Part shown: piece after piece, positions 34,804 to 43,579 of the stretch
How the letters are laid out: every line of letters begins with the position of its first letter
Position numbering within the stretch: position 1 is the stretch's first letter
From: Phycisphaerae bacterium
GTDB taxonomy: Bacteria > Planctomycetota > Phycisphaerae > Phycisphaerales > SM1A02
Reading direction: 5' to 3'
Length of the DNA stretch: 43,579 bases
NCBI GenBank assembly: GCA_018665385.1
Contig: JABJDN010000080.1
Location: 1-43,579, forward strand
Notes under the pieces: model-generated
Told to the model about the DNA's origin: nothing
The model's database searches: none
Seen by the model: only the letters and a program-made list of their open reading frames with translations
Position numbers and translations under genes: made by a program

Positions 34804-37800
34804 ATGGCATTCTTTACACGAAAAACTAAAACGGTTGCGCCAGCTCCAAAAAGCGCAAATACAGCGAGTGTTTTTGACCAGGCAACGGAACAACGGATTC
34901 AAGAAATTGGGTCTGAACTCCTAGACGCAGCACGGTCAAAAAAACAATCTTGGCTTTCAACGGCATTCTGGTCTGACAAACTCATGGACTGGGCGATGGA
35001 AGACGAAGAATTTAAAATTCAACTCTTCCGTTTTGTAGATACATTTCCAACTCTTGTTACGCCTGAGCAAGTACATGAGCATTTAGTTGACTATCTTTCA
35101 CAGCCAGGAGTCAAATTGCCTGCAGGGCTTGGCATCGGTCTCAAAGCCGGCGGTCTTGCGCAAGGCACAATGACGAAAACCGTTACAAGCCAAATTACAA
35201 AAATGGCGCAACGGTTTATAGCGGGCACTGATGCCGCGTCTGCCCTTCCAGAACTGGAAAAAATTTGGAAGGAAGGTGTTGCATTCTCAGTTGATCTTCT
35301 GGGTGAAGCATGTGTAAGCGATGCAGAAGCTGAAGAATATCGTCAACGATATCTCGACCTTCTCATCAACTTACCTGAGCATGTTGCTGCTTGGCAAGAA
35401 AATCTAATACTAGAGCAAGATCATCTTGGACCAATTCCTAGAACTAATATCTCTATCAAAATTAGTTCGTTGTTCGCGAACACCGACCCTATTGCACACG
35501 ATGTATCAGTGCAAGGTTTGTTTGATGCACTGAAACCAATTCTAGAAGAAGCTGAGAAAAACGGGACGCTCATTAACTTTGATATGGAACAGTTCGAGTA
35601 CAAAGACTTAACGCTCAACTTATTCATGAAATGTTGCGATGAAATTAACTTCCCTGCGGGGCTTGCAATGCAAGCATATTTGCGTAGTGGTGACGAAGAT
35701 GCAAAAACTATTAGCGACTGGGCGAAGCGAACAGGTAGAATTGTTACTGTTCGACTTGTAAAAGGTGCGTATTGGGATTACGAAACTATTCACGCTGAAG
35801 AAATGGGCTGGCCAGTACCCGTCTGGAGTAGAAAAGTAGATACAGACGCTTGCTTTGAAAGAATGGCGGCCATCTTTATTGAATCTACACCAACAACTAA
35901 TGACGAAGGCGGCGTGAAACTCGCACTTGGTTCTCATAACATTCGTTCAATTGCAACTGCACTTGCACTCATTGAAAAACGAAATTTACCAAAGAGTGCT
36001 TTAGAAATACAAATGCTTCGGGGTATGGCGGATCAATTGAAGGCTGCAGTTATTCAAGACGGATTGCGCCTTCGAGAATATGTTCCAGTTGGCGAAATGA
36101 TTCCAGGAATGGCATATCTTGTTCGCAGGCTTCTTGAAAATACCTCGAACGAATCGTGGCTTCGAAGTAGTTTCGTAGATGACGCAGACAGTTCGCTACT
36201 CTTAGCATCACCGCACGTTACCCACTCTGATGTTGACCCCGGTGTTGAACGCATAACCAATGCACCCGAAAGGCACGCGTTGAGCCCAGCAGTAGAAGGC
36301 GTTGGTGACAATCGACCGTTCTTCACTGAACCATATAGAGATTTTGCTTGCAAACAAGAGCGAGAAGTTTTTGCAGCAAAAATAGCAATGTCTGTAGTGC
36401 CAGAAGTCGAAAAAGTTACTACCAAAGAAGCAATTACGGCAATAATTGATATTGCGGAATCTGCTTTTCCTACATGGCGCGATGAAGACCCGCTAGTCCG
36501 CAGCCAAGTTCTTGTGAAAGCGGCTGCTCTCATGCGCGAACGAAGAGACGAACTCTGTGGAGTCGTCATGCAAGAAGCAGGTAAAACATGGCGTGAAGCT
36601 GATGGCGACGTTTGCGAAACCATTGACTTCTGTGAATATTACGCTCGCATGGCTCCCCAATTGTTTGAGTACGAACGACTCGGCGAATTCATTGGTGAAC
36701 TTGACCAACAATTCTATCAACCAAGGGGAGTAACAGCTGTTATTAGCCCATGGAATTTCCCGATGGCAATCTGCTGTGGTATGACCGTAGCTGCTCTTGT
36801 AACTGGCAACGCAGTCATTGTAAAACCAGCTGGGCAAACTGTTGGCATAGCACAGTTAATTTGCGAGATGCTGTGGGAAGCAGGCGCACCAAAAGATGTA
36901 TTGCATTACGTCGCTGGCCCTGGTTCTATTATTGGAGCTGCGATGGTCCGAGACCCTCGGGTTGCCGTTATTGCGTTTACTGGTTCAAAAGGTGTCGGTT
37001 TAGACATTTTAGAATCTGCAGGACAAACACCTGCCAACCAACCATTTGTCAAAAAAGTAGTCTGCGAGATGGGTGGCAAGAACGCAATAATTATCGATGC
37101 ATCCGCTGATCTGGACGAAGCTGTACTCGGCGTTCGTCATAGTGCGTTCGGATACCAAGGTCAAAAATGTTCGGCATGTAGCCGAGTCATCGTCGTTGAC
37201 TCTGCGCACGATATTTTCCTTGAACGCTTAATTGAATCTTGCCGAACGCTCGTTATTGGCGACGTTATGGATCCCGGTACAGACGTTGGCCCAGTCATCG
37301 ACAAAAATGCAGCAGATGAAATTCAACGCTACATCGAAATTGGTAAAACTGAAGGCAAGTTAGAGTTAGCACAGCCAATTCCAGAAGGCTTGGCTGAAAA
37401 AACTGGTCGCGATTACATTGCTCCTCATATTTTCTCCGGAATAAAAAATGAAGATGTCATTGCGCAAGAAGAAATATTTGGACCTGTTCTTGCAGTAATC
37501 CGCGCGAAAGATTTCGACGAGGCTCTCAAAATTGCCAACTCTTCTGAATACAAACTTACAGGAGCTGTATACAGCCGTAAGCCCGCGAACCTTGAGAAAG
37601 CAAGAAAAGGCTTCAGGGTTGGCAACTTGTATTTGAATCGTGGAAGCACAGGCGCATTGGTAGGCAGGCAGCCATTTGGTGGGTTTGGAATGTCAGGCGT
37701 TGGGTCAAAAGCAGGCGGTTGTGATTACTTGTTGCAGTTTGTTGAACCAAGAGCTATTTGCGAAAACACCATGCGTCGCGGTTTTGCACCTGGGCTGTAA
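34804..37800 (+). CDS. putA: Bifunctional proline dehydrogenase / L-glutamate gamma-semialdehyde dehydrogenase
   Basis: The 998-aa protein has an N-terminal PRODH barrel region (VKGAYWD, LGSHN). The C-terminal ALDH has EMGGKNA and GQKCSACSR catalytic motifs. No N-terminal DNA-binding domain is evident. Confidence 0.9.
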   Translation: MAFFTRKTKTVAPAPKSANTASVFDQATEQRIQEIGSELLDAARSKKQSWLSTAFWSDKLMDWAMEDEEFKIQLFRFVDTFPTLVTPEQVHEHLVDYLSQPGVKLPAGLGIGLKAGGLAQGTMTKTVTSQITKMAQRFIAGTDAASALPELEKIWKEGVAFSVDLLGEACVSDAEAEEYRQRYLDLLINLPEHVAAWQENLILEQDHLGPIPRTNISIKISSLFANTDPIAHDVSVQGLFDALKPILEEAEKNGTLINFDMEQFEYKDLTLNLFMKCCDEINFPAGLAMQAYLRSGDEDAKTISDWAKRTGRIVTVRLVKGAYWDYETIHAEEMGWPVPVWSRKVDTDACFERMAAIFIESTPTTNDEGGVKLALGSHNIRSIATALALIEKRNLPKSALEIQMLRGMADQLKAAVIQDGLRLREYVPVGEMIPGMAYLVRRLLENTSNESWLRSSFVDDADSSLLLASPHVTHSDVDPGVERITNAPERHALSPAVEGVGDNRPFFTEPYRDFACKQEREVFAAKIAMSVVPEVEKVTTKEAITAIIDIAESAFPTWRDEDPLVRSQVLVKAAALMRERRDELCGVVMQEAGKTWREADGDVCETIDFCEYYARMAPQLFEYERLGEFIGELDQQFYQPRGVTAVISPWNFPMAICCGMTVAALVTGNAVIVKPAGQTVGIAQLICEMLWEAGAPKDVLHYVAGPGSIIGAAMVRDPRVAVIAFTGSKGVGLDILESAGQTPANQPFVKKVVCEMGGKNAIIIDASADLDEAVLGVRHSAFGYQGQKCSACSRVIVVDSAHDIFLERLIESCRTLVIGDVMDPGTDVGPVIDKNAADEIQRYIEIGKTEGKLELAQPIPEGLAEKTGRDYIAPHIFSGIKNEDVIAQEEIFGPVLAVIRAKDFDEALKIANSSEYKLTGAVYSRKPANLEKARKGFRVGNLYLNRGSTGALVGRQPFGGFGMSGVGSKAGGCDYLLQFVEPRAICENTMRRGFAPGL

Positions 37801-39438
37801 CTACATCCCAAGTTGCTTCAAAGTTTTTTGAGCGAGTTTGTGCCCAACGCATTCTTCTTCATCCACTACAACATTCGCACCAGACTCTTGAATATTCTGC
37901 CCGTGAATGGAATACCGAGCACGTGCAATGATGGGGATATCATTTTCTAACGAGCGTACTTGCATAATAGTTTGTACAGATGCTCTGTGGTCGGGAATTG
38001 TTAACACCACAAGTTTCGCAATACGTATGCCAGCGTGATCAAGGACGTCTCGGCGTTGCGAATTCCCAAGCAACGCAAACGCTCCAGCTTCTCGAGCGTG
38101 CTTAATTCCACTTGGGCCCATATCAATAACCAACACCGACTCGCCAGCATCAAGAAGTTCGCTTACAACTTTTCTCCCAGAAACACCGTACCCAATGACA
38201 ACAACATGGTCGTGTATCGACCCTCCTCCTTTATATTCTGGATGCGCACTCGCACCGAATAAGGAATCGATTACGCGAGCAATGTCCCTTGATTTGCTAA
38301 TCAATAGTGGCGAGAGAATCAATGTTATAAGAGAAGAACTCATCATAAGCTGAAAAACGTCGTCACTCAGCATTTCAGAATCCATCGCTTCTGCGCCTAT
38401 AACAAAACTAAACTCGCCAATCTGCGCAAGGCTTAACCCTGCTGCAATTGAAACTCGTCTGGATCGCTTCATCACAACACCAACAAGCACAATAACAAGA
38501 GTTTTGCCGACAATTATTCCACCAACAGCGCCAATCGCCCAAAGCCAGTGGTACGAATCTGCTAACCATGGAAGGTTAGCAAGCATTCCGGTGGTGGCAA
38601 AAAAGAGTGTCAAGAAAATATACTTGAGAGGTGCCATATCGCCACGAACTTGCGCTGCAAATGGCGAACCCGCCAGAATAAGTCCAGCTATAAACGCGCC
38701 GAGCGCTGGCGATAGTGCCAATTTGTCTGCTATCCACATCGCAGACAAACAAGTAACAATTCCGATTATGACTGGAAATTCAACCGAACGCCGAATGAGC
38801 GCAGCGCCAAACAAACGGGGTAGGATTAACACTCCTACTAAAAACAAGACTGCAAACAGAGTAATTAATTTTACTCCTGCAATGCCAAGTTCAGCCGCCA
38901 TCTCGCTCGCTTCAGGTGATTCATGAATAAAGGCAATCAGCAACATAAGTGGGACAATCGCCAAGTCTTGTACCAATAGAATCGAAAAAGCAGCTCGACC
39001 AAATGGATCATCGAATTCACTTCTATCCTGCAAAACCCTACTCACGACCGCAGTAGAACTAAGTGCAGACATTGCGCCAATAATGATAGAAGTGTTTACT
39101 GGCGCTTGAAACAATCGTGCAACTATGTAGCCAATAATACCTGTCACAACGACTTGCAAGATGCCGTTTGCCAAGCCAATGCCCATGAGTTCTTTTAATC
39201 GCTTGCCATTCACCTCAAGGCCAATAGTAAACAGGAGGAGCGCTACCCCTATTTCTGCAATTGAGCGAATCACCTCGTGATCCGTGTCTATCCATCCGAG
39301 CATACCAGGACCGACAATAGTCCCCGCTATCAAATAACCTACGATGCCACTGAATCCTAACTTCTCAGCGACTATTCCGAAGACAACAGCCACGCTCAAG
39401 AGAATGGTGATGTCGCCAACTATGTACCAAAAATCCAT
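37801..39438 (-). CDS. Cation:proton antiporter (CPA2/Kef type) with a C-terminal TrkA-N/RCK domain
   Basis: It has about 12 TM segments followed by the Rossmann motif HVVVIGYGVSGRKVVSELLDAGESVLVID. The ATG at 39438 is preceded by TATGAT. Confidence 0.85.
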   Translation of the reverse strand: MDFWYIVGDITILLSVAVVFGIVAEKLGFSGIVGYLIAGTIVGPGMLGWIDTDHEVIRSIAEIGVALLLFTIGLEVNGKRLKELMGIGLANGILQVVVTGIIGYIVARLFQAPVNTSIIIGAMSALSSTAVVSRVLQDRSEFDDPFGRAAFSILLVQDLAIVPLMLLIAFIHESPEASEMAAELGIAGVKLITLFAVLFLVGVLILPRLFGAALIRRSVEFPVIIGIVTCLSAMWIADKLALSPALGAFIAGLILAGSPFAAQVRGDMAPLKYIFLTLFFATTGMLANLPWLADSYHWLWAIGAVGGIIVGKTLVIVLVGVVMKRSRRVSIAAGLSLAQIGEFSFVIGAEAMDSEMLSDDVFQLMMSSSLITLILSPLLISKSRDIARVIDSLFGASAHPEYKGGGSIHDHVVVIGYGVSGRKVVSELLDAGESVLVIDMGPSGIKHAREAGAFALLGNSQRRDVLDHAGIRIAKLVVLTIPDHRASVQTIMQVRSLENDIPIIARARYSIHGQNIQESGANVVVDEEECVGHKLAQKTLKQLGM

Positions 39439-39527
39439 GCAGTGCATCATACACACTCACGATCTACAAAACAGTTCTTCTCTTCAAAGAGAGATCTGTT
39501 AGGTGAGAACGGTTGTATGATGGGCAA

Positions 39528-40337
39528 ATGGAAATAACGTTTCTCGTTGTACTTGGACTTGTTGCAGGTTCGCTTGGTGGATTGCTTGGTATTGGTGGCT
39601 CAGTCATTATGATTCCAGCCTTGTTATTTTTTGTGCCAGGTACATCAATACACCTTGCCCAAGCAGTAGCTATGACCGTAAACCCAGCAGTTGCAGTCGG
39701 TGCTGCTGCAAAACACCACAGAAATTTAAATGTCAACTGGCGTACTGTATACACTGTTCTACCCGTCTCGATTGTTCTCATTAGTATCGCAGCATGGTTT
39801 AGCAACGATATTAAAGGCGCTTGGCTTGAACTTGCTTTTGCTCTCTTCCTTGTTTGGGTTCTTTGGGATCAATTATCCTCGCTTTGCAATACAAATAAAG
39901 AAGCAGGTGCGGAAGCGAACATTTCCGCCGATGATCGCACGCATTCCATTGCAAGGTGCGCAACAACAGGTGGAATAACAGGAACTATTGCAGGGTTACT
40001 TGGAATTGGAGGCGGGTTAATACAAGTACCTCTGCTTAATTCGCTTTGCAAACTCCCAATGAAGAAAGCTATTGGCACCTCTTCGGCAATCATGTTTGTG
40101 ACCGCTTTGGTAGGTGCAAGTTTTAAAGATTTCTCATTGCACCAAGTAAATGGCGAAGGCATGAAGACACTACTCACAGCCTTGCAAATTATCCCTGGGG
40201 CACTTGTAGGTGGTTGGCTCGGAGCAAAATTGACCAATGTACTACCAACGAAGGCGATACGAATCACATTCGCTATTTTAGTAATCATCGCAGCTTGCAA
40301 ATTGTTCGCAGGTGCAATTCCAATCTTAGCGCTTTAA
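39528..40337 (+). CDS. TauE/SafE family sulfite/anion exporter
   Basis: The two-fold repeated TM architecture has the GxxGGxLGIGGG motif twice (GSLGGLLGIGGSVIMIP and GTIAGLLGIGGGLIQVP). Confidence 0.8.
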   Translation: MEITFLVVLGLVAGSLGGLLGIGGSVIMIPALLFFVPGTSIHLAQAVAMTVNPAVAVGAAAKHHRNLNVNWRTVYTVLPVSIVLISIAAWFSNDIKGAWLELAFALFLVWVLWDQLSSLCNTNKEAGAEANISADDRTHSIARCATTGGITGTIAGLLGIGGGLIQVPLLNSLCKLPMKKAIGTSSAIMFVTALVGASFKDFSLHQVNGEGMKTLLTALQIIPGALVGGWLGAKLTNVLPTKAIRITFAILVIIAACKLFAGAIPILAL

Positions 40338-41008
40338 CTAATTCTTCGGGTGCAGGAATCAACGAGCTCTTGAATACTCGCACGAACAACCGCGGTACCA
40401 TCTTCTTCGCCAAGTTCTAGCAATAGTTCAGCAGTGATCGGTTTGCCGATTGCCACCGCAATTTTCCCTTTCAACGTTGGTTTCGATCCCATAGGATATA
40501 CGTTGTACGCTCCATCTAAACCTACGGGCAATACTGTTGCTTTACTCTTCTTCATCAAGAGCCAAAAACCTCGTTGAAAATCGTTCATTGTGCCGTCTTG
40601 CGTGCGAGTGCCTTCAGGAAACATCATAATACCTCTGCCAGCTTGTAATTCTATGATTGCTTTACGTATCGCAACAACATCACTTTCACCACGCTTTAGT
40701 GCGATAACACCAAACCCTCGCATAAACCAAGATAAAAATTTTGAACCGAATAGCGATTCGCGAGCGATCCCAAGAAATGGTCTGTCTAGGAGCGCAGAAC
40801 CAACTATTGCTGGATCAAAGTTCGATTGGTGATTCGCGACGACAAGCAATGGGCCTGTCCGTGGAACATTATCTCTACCTTTCGTACGCATTCCATAGCA
40901 AAAAAACAGTGATACTCGTAGCAAATTGATACAGAGCCCCCACCAAACTACAGCGCGCCAGACAGAAATTCCTGGAGCTCGTCTTTGAAATTGTAAATAC
41001 GAAAGCAC
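40334..41008 (-). CDS. plsC: 1-acyl-sn-glycerol-3-phosphate acyltransferase
   Basis: HX4D motif VVANHQSNFDP, FPEGTRT and LPVGLDG blocks. GTG start. Confidence 0.85.
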   Translation of the reverse strand: MLSYLQFQRRAPGISVWRAVVWWGLCINLLRVSLFFCYGMRTKGRDNVPRTGPLLVVANHQSNFDPAIVGSALLDRPFLGIARESLFGSKFLSWFMRGFGVIALKRGESDVVAIRKAIIELQAGRGIMMFPEGTRTQDGTMNDFQRGFWLLMKKSKATVLPVGLDGAYNVYPMGSKPTLKGKIAVAIGKPITAELLLELGEEDGTAVVRASIQELVDSCTRRIS

Positions 41009-41697
41009 TACGCTTGTAACCTTGAATGAACTTCTGATTCCATAGTACTCACCACTTCTTCTTTAGAGAGCGATGATGTATTAATAATTATGGCGCCATC
41101 AGGGCAGATGAGTGGGCCATCGGCGCGAGATGAATCTAGCTTATCTCTAGATTCAATATCAAGTTGAATTTCTTTATCTTGTACAGTATTGCCAGCATCT
41201 CTAAGTTGCTTTACACGCCGACGCGTTCTTTCTGCAACCTCTGCCTCTAAAAAAAATCTAACATTTGCATCTGGAAATACAACCGACCCTTGGTCTCTTC
41301 CTTCAGTCACTAAGAGGGGATGAAGTTCGCGGATTGCGCGTTGTTGCTCCACGAGTACCTCTCTAATTTCAGGTTGCTGCGCAACAATAGAAACAACCCC
41401 GCTCACATCTAAATCTCTAACTCTGCGAGCGATATCTTCTCCACCTAACAGTATCGTTGGCGGGTCATCGTTCCAATCAAACCGAATACCTTTCTCACGA
41501 ATAGCAAGGGCGAGCGCTTCTCCGCCACGCGGGTCGAGCCCGAAGTCAATAGCAAGAACTGCAACAGCGCGATACATTGCGCCTGTGTCTAGACAATCTG
41601 TACCGAGCCGATGGGCTAATTCGCGGGCAACACTGGACTTACCTGTGCCTGCAGCACCATCAATTGTTATAACAAAACCCTTCGTACCATTTTGCAT
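41008..41697 (-). CDS. cmk: Cytidylate kinase
   Basis: ITIDGAAGTGKSSVARELA P-loop followed by LDTGAMYRA. 229 aa. Confidence 0.9.
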   Translation of the reverse strand: MQNGTKGFVITIDGAAGTGKSSVARELAHRLGTDCLDTGAMYRAVAVLAIDFGLDPRGGEALALAIREKGIRFDWNDDPPTILLGGEDIARRVRDLDVSGVVSIVAQQPEIREVLVEQQRAIRELHPLLVTEGRDQGSVVFPDANVRFFLEAEVAERTRRRVKQLRDAGNTVQDKEIQLDIESRDKLDSSRADGPLICPDGAIIINTSSLSKEEVVSTMESEVHSRLQA

Positions 41698-41699
41698 TT

Positions 41700-42464
41700 T
41701 TATTTGCTTTCGAGACGCGTTTGCATCTTCCCGATAACTTTTTTAAGCTCTTTTATTGGGTTTGCTTTACCGGAATAATTCAATGCAATTGTATTTGAGT
41801 ATCCCACTTCAAGAACAGCTTCCAACCCTTCAACAAGTTCTATTCTTTTCTTTCCTCTACCACAAGGAAAATCAGCAATAATCCCACCTGCATAGGGCGC
41901 TAATTTCCGTAGGGCCTCAATGCCATCTCCTGTTGCAGATGCAAATTGAAACGTTGGAAGTGCGCCAATTCTAAAACCACCAATTTGTTTAATGATTTCA
42001 ATTTGTTGGTCGGGGTCACTCGTTAGACCCTCGCAAGGTTGAAGTAACAAATTCAACTCTAGTCGTTCAACTTCAGCCATAGCAGAGCGGATATTATCTA
42101 CAATCGCATCAACAGAGGCTGACTCTTTTGGAAACTTTGGGGTAATAGCAATCGCATTGCAGCCGAGCCTATTTGCTGCTGCTGACAATCGCTGAATCCT
42201 TTCTAGAGATTCATTCGTATTGTCAAGTAAATCCATTATCGTATTGTCCCGAACGAGCAAGCAAGGTGATTTAGCTTTGTCTGCATTGTTCCGGAATGTG
42301 TCGTACGAATCCAACGACCACCCAGCAAGATGTTCCGCATCGATCATGACTCCTCGTAGGCTTAGGTCATCTGACGAAAGCCTAGGCACGTCAAGGATAT
42401 CCTGCGTACCATTCTGAAGAAGTGGGTTTAATGATTGAATTGCTAAGGTAAGTAGTACGGTCAT
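41700..42464 (-). CDS. Probable sugar-phosphate isomerase/epimerase (xylose isomerase-like TIM barrel); start uncertain
   Basis: There is weak pattern similarity to AP-endonuclease-2/xylose-isomerase-like TIM barrels (ERIQRLSAAANRLGCNAIAI..., LELNLLLQPCEG). Alternative starts exist up to 42536/42539. Confidence 0.4.
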   Translation of the reverse strand: MTVLLTLAIQSLNPLLQNGTQDILDVPRLSSDDLSLRGVMIDAEHLAGWSLDSYDTFRNNADKAKSPCLLVRDNTIMDLLDNTNESLERIQRLSAAANRLGCNAIAITPKFPKESASVDAIVDNIRSAMAEVERLELNLLLQPCEGLTSDPDQQIEIIKQIGGFRIGALPTFQFASATGDGIEALRKLAPYAGGIIADFPCGRGKKRIELVEGLEAVLEVGYSNTIALNYSGKANPIKELKKVIGKMQTRLESK

Positions 42465-42558
42465 AAAAAGTTTCGCTTCAAAGTGCCTTTCTGGTATTTG
42501 CAAAGTGGCAAGAAACGGTACTATACCACCCCACATCAACCCTTAAGGAGTCCTTTGT

Positions 42559-42939
42559 ATGTCAACCCCATCCGATTGTTGTTTTTCTGAATCTCACGAA
42601 TGGTTCAAAATCGAAGGTGATATCGTTACCATCGGCATCACTCAATTCGCTGCAAATGAACTCACCGACATCACATACGTTGAAATGCAACCTGTAGGCA
42701 CTTCTCTTGCTGAAAATGAATCTGCTGGCGAAGTGGAATCTGTAAAAACCACGAGTGATATCATGACAGCGTTCGCTGGAGAAATTACTGAAATCAACGA
42801 AGCAGTGGCAGATGACCCTTCTCTACTCAACAGCGACCCATTTGGTGACGGATGGCTTGCCAAAATAAAAGTTGCTTCACCTGCAACTTGCGATACTCTG
42901 ATGGATCAAGCAACGTACGACGGCAAGTACCCACTGTAA
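42559..42939 (+). CDS. gcvH: Glycine cleavage system protein H
   Basis: SHEWFKIEGD..., the lipoyl-lysine motif GEVESVKTTSDI and DPFGDGWLAKI. AAGGAG lies upstream. Confidence 0.9.
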   Translation: MSTPSDCCFSESHEWFKIEGDIVTIGITQFAANELTDITYVEMQPVGTSLAENESAGEVESVKTTSDIMTAFAGEITEINEAVADDPSLLNSDPFGDGWLAKIKVASPATCDTLMDQATYDGKYPL

Positions 42940-42948
42940 ACTTTCGAC

Positions 42949-43365
42949 ATGTTCCAACTTGTCAGCGATTTCGAACCACAAGGTGATCAGCCTCAGGCTA
43001 TTGAACAATTATCTTCATGGGTTCAAGACGGTGAAAGATATCGAACCCTGCTTGGGGCTACTGGTACTGGTAAAACTTTTACCATGGCGAATGTCATCGC
43101 TAAAACAAATAAACCAACGCTGATTCTCAGTCATAACAAAACTCTTGCTGCACAACTCTTCGAAGAGATGCAAGCGCTTTTTCCAAATAATGCCGTGTCC
43201 TATTTCGTGAGTTATTACGATTATTACCAACCTGAAGCCTATATTCCTCAACGCGACATTTACATAGAAAAAGATGCTGCACGGAATGACGACCTTGATA
43301 GGCTTCGGTTAAAGGCAACAAGTAGCCTCATGTCACGTAGTGATGTCATCATAGTTTCTTCTGTT
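42949..43365 (+). pseudogene. uvrB: Excinuclease ABC subunit B, N-terminal 139 codons only (truncated at a sequence breakpoint)
   Basis: QPQAIEQL, Walker [23 protein letters not shown] and [10 protein letters not shown] are colinear with UvrB. After nt 43365 the frame diverges (KCTIPRFDD...) and stops at 43431. Confidence 0.75.
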
Positions 43366-43578
43366 AAATGCACTATACCAAGATTTGATGACAGTACTCA
43401 CTTCATCTTTCTCTTCTTCTTCAAAGCCTAAACGAATTGTATTATACAACTCACCTTCTAATTTTTGATTCTTTCCAAAATGATTATCAGAAAACTTGGA
43501 AACAGTTCTTACCATACTCTGTTTCACATAGTCTTCAATAGCGTAATCATATTGACCTGGGCGTTGTAATCGCTCATA
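43333..43578 (-). CDS. Partial ORF of unknown function in low-GC DNA (5' end outside the window; 3' end runs into antisense uvrB)
   Basis: The frame is open from the window edge: [71 protein letters not shown]. It then reads through 11 more codons past the 43366 breakpoint. I recognise no family. Confidence 0.3.
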   Translation of the reverse strand, partial: YERLQRPGQYDYAIEDYVKQSMVRTVSKFSDNHFGKNQKLEGELYNTIRLGFEEEEKDEVSTVIKSWYSAFNRRNYDDITT

Positions 43579-43579
43579 A

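Noticed and set aside
43366-43431. An intein or intron might be interrupting uvrB.
   Set aside because: The in-frame continuation stops after 21 codons and has no intein block A signature. No group I or group II intron 5' features are visible. The coherent open frame is on the opposite strand.
1-43579. I looked for tRNA, rRNA, tmRNA, transposase, integrase, toxin-antitoxin and restriction-modification genes.
   Set aside because: No intergenic gap has tRNA-like cloverleaf potential or rRNA similarity that I could see. No ORF shows DDE, tyrosine or serine recombinase motifs, or other defence-gene motifs. The only hint of foreign DNA is the last 214 nt.

Overview
This is a gene-dense 43.6-kb chromosomal segment with about 42 protein-coding genes. 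I found no rRNA, tRNA, CRISPR array, transposase or integrase. The gene content suggests a PVC-superphylum (Planctomycetota-like) organism, which is an inference: a DUF1559-type prepilin-like protein, a secreted prenyltransferase-repeat/DUF4159-like protein, a GldA/GldF/GldG-like ABC system with DUF4340, and class I FbaB. Most genes are housekeeping: topA (3' part), the MEP/isoprenoid genes ispG, ispA and dxs, sppA, purN, hpf-ptsN-HPr, gpsA, a P1B-type ATPase, fbaB, ggt, mnmA, a stand-alone fusA, ribD, prmC, putA, a Kef-type antiporter, plsC, cmk and gcvH. I do not see a canonical defence, toxin-antitoxin, secretion or mobile system. The items worth a second look are: (1) uvrB is cut off at nt 43365/43366 and abuts low-GC DNA with an unassignable, also truncated, opposite-strand ORF running out of the window. 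(2) An orphan ExbB-like gene is translationally coupled to a secreted TraB/GumN-family protein that carries an embedded GspG (pseudopilin)-like domain. (3) Two different intergenic arrays are built from 12-bp units in tandem and inverted arrangement, one abutting the fbaB promoter and one between fusA and ribD. (4) A 330-bp non-coding region with a near-consensus promoter lies upstream of fusA. (5) A GldA / fused GldF-GldG / DUF4340 operon is divergent from a GAF-REC regulator that has an H-box-like segment with Asp in place of His. (6) TAnAAT boxes recur 6-13 nt upstream of start codons, suggesting widespread leaderless or near-leaderless mRNAs. All family calls rest on motifs I recognise by eye, and no database search was run.
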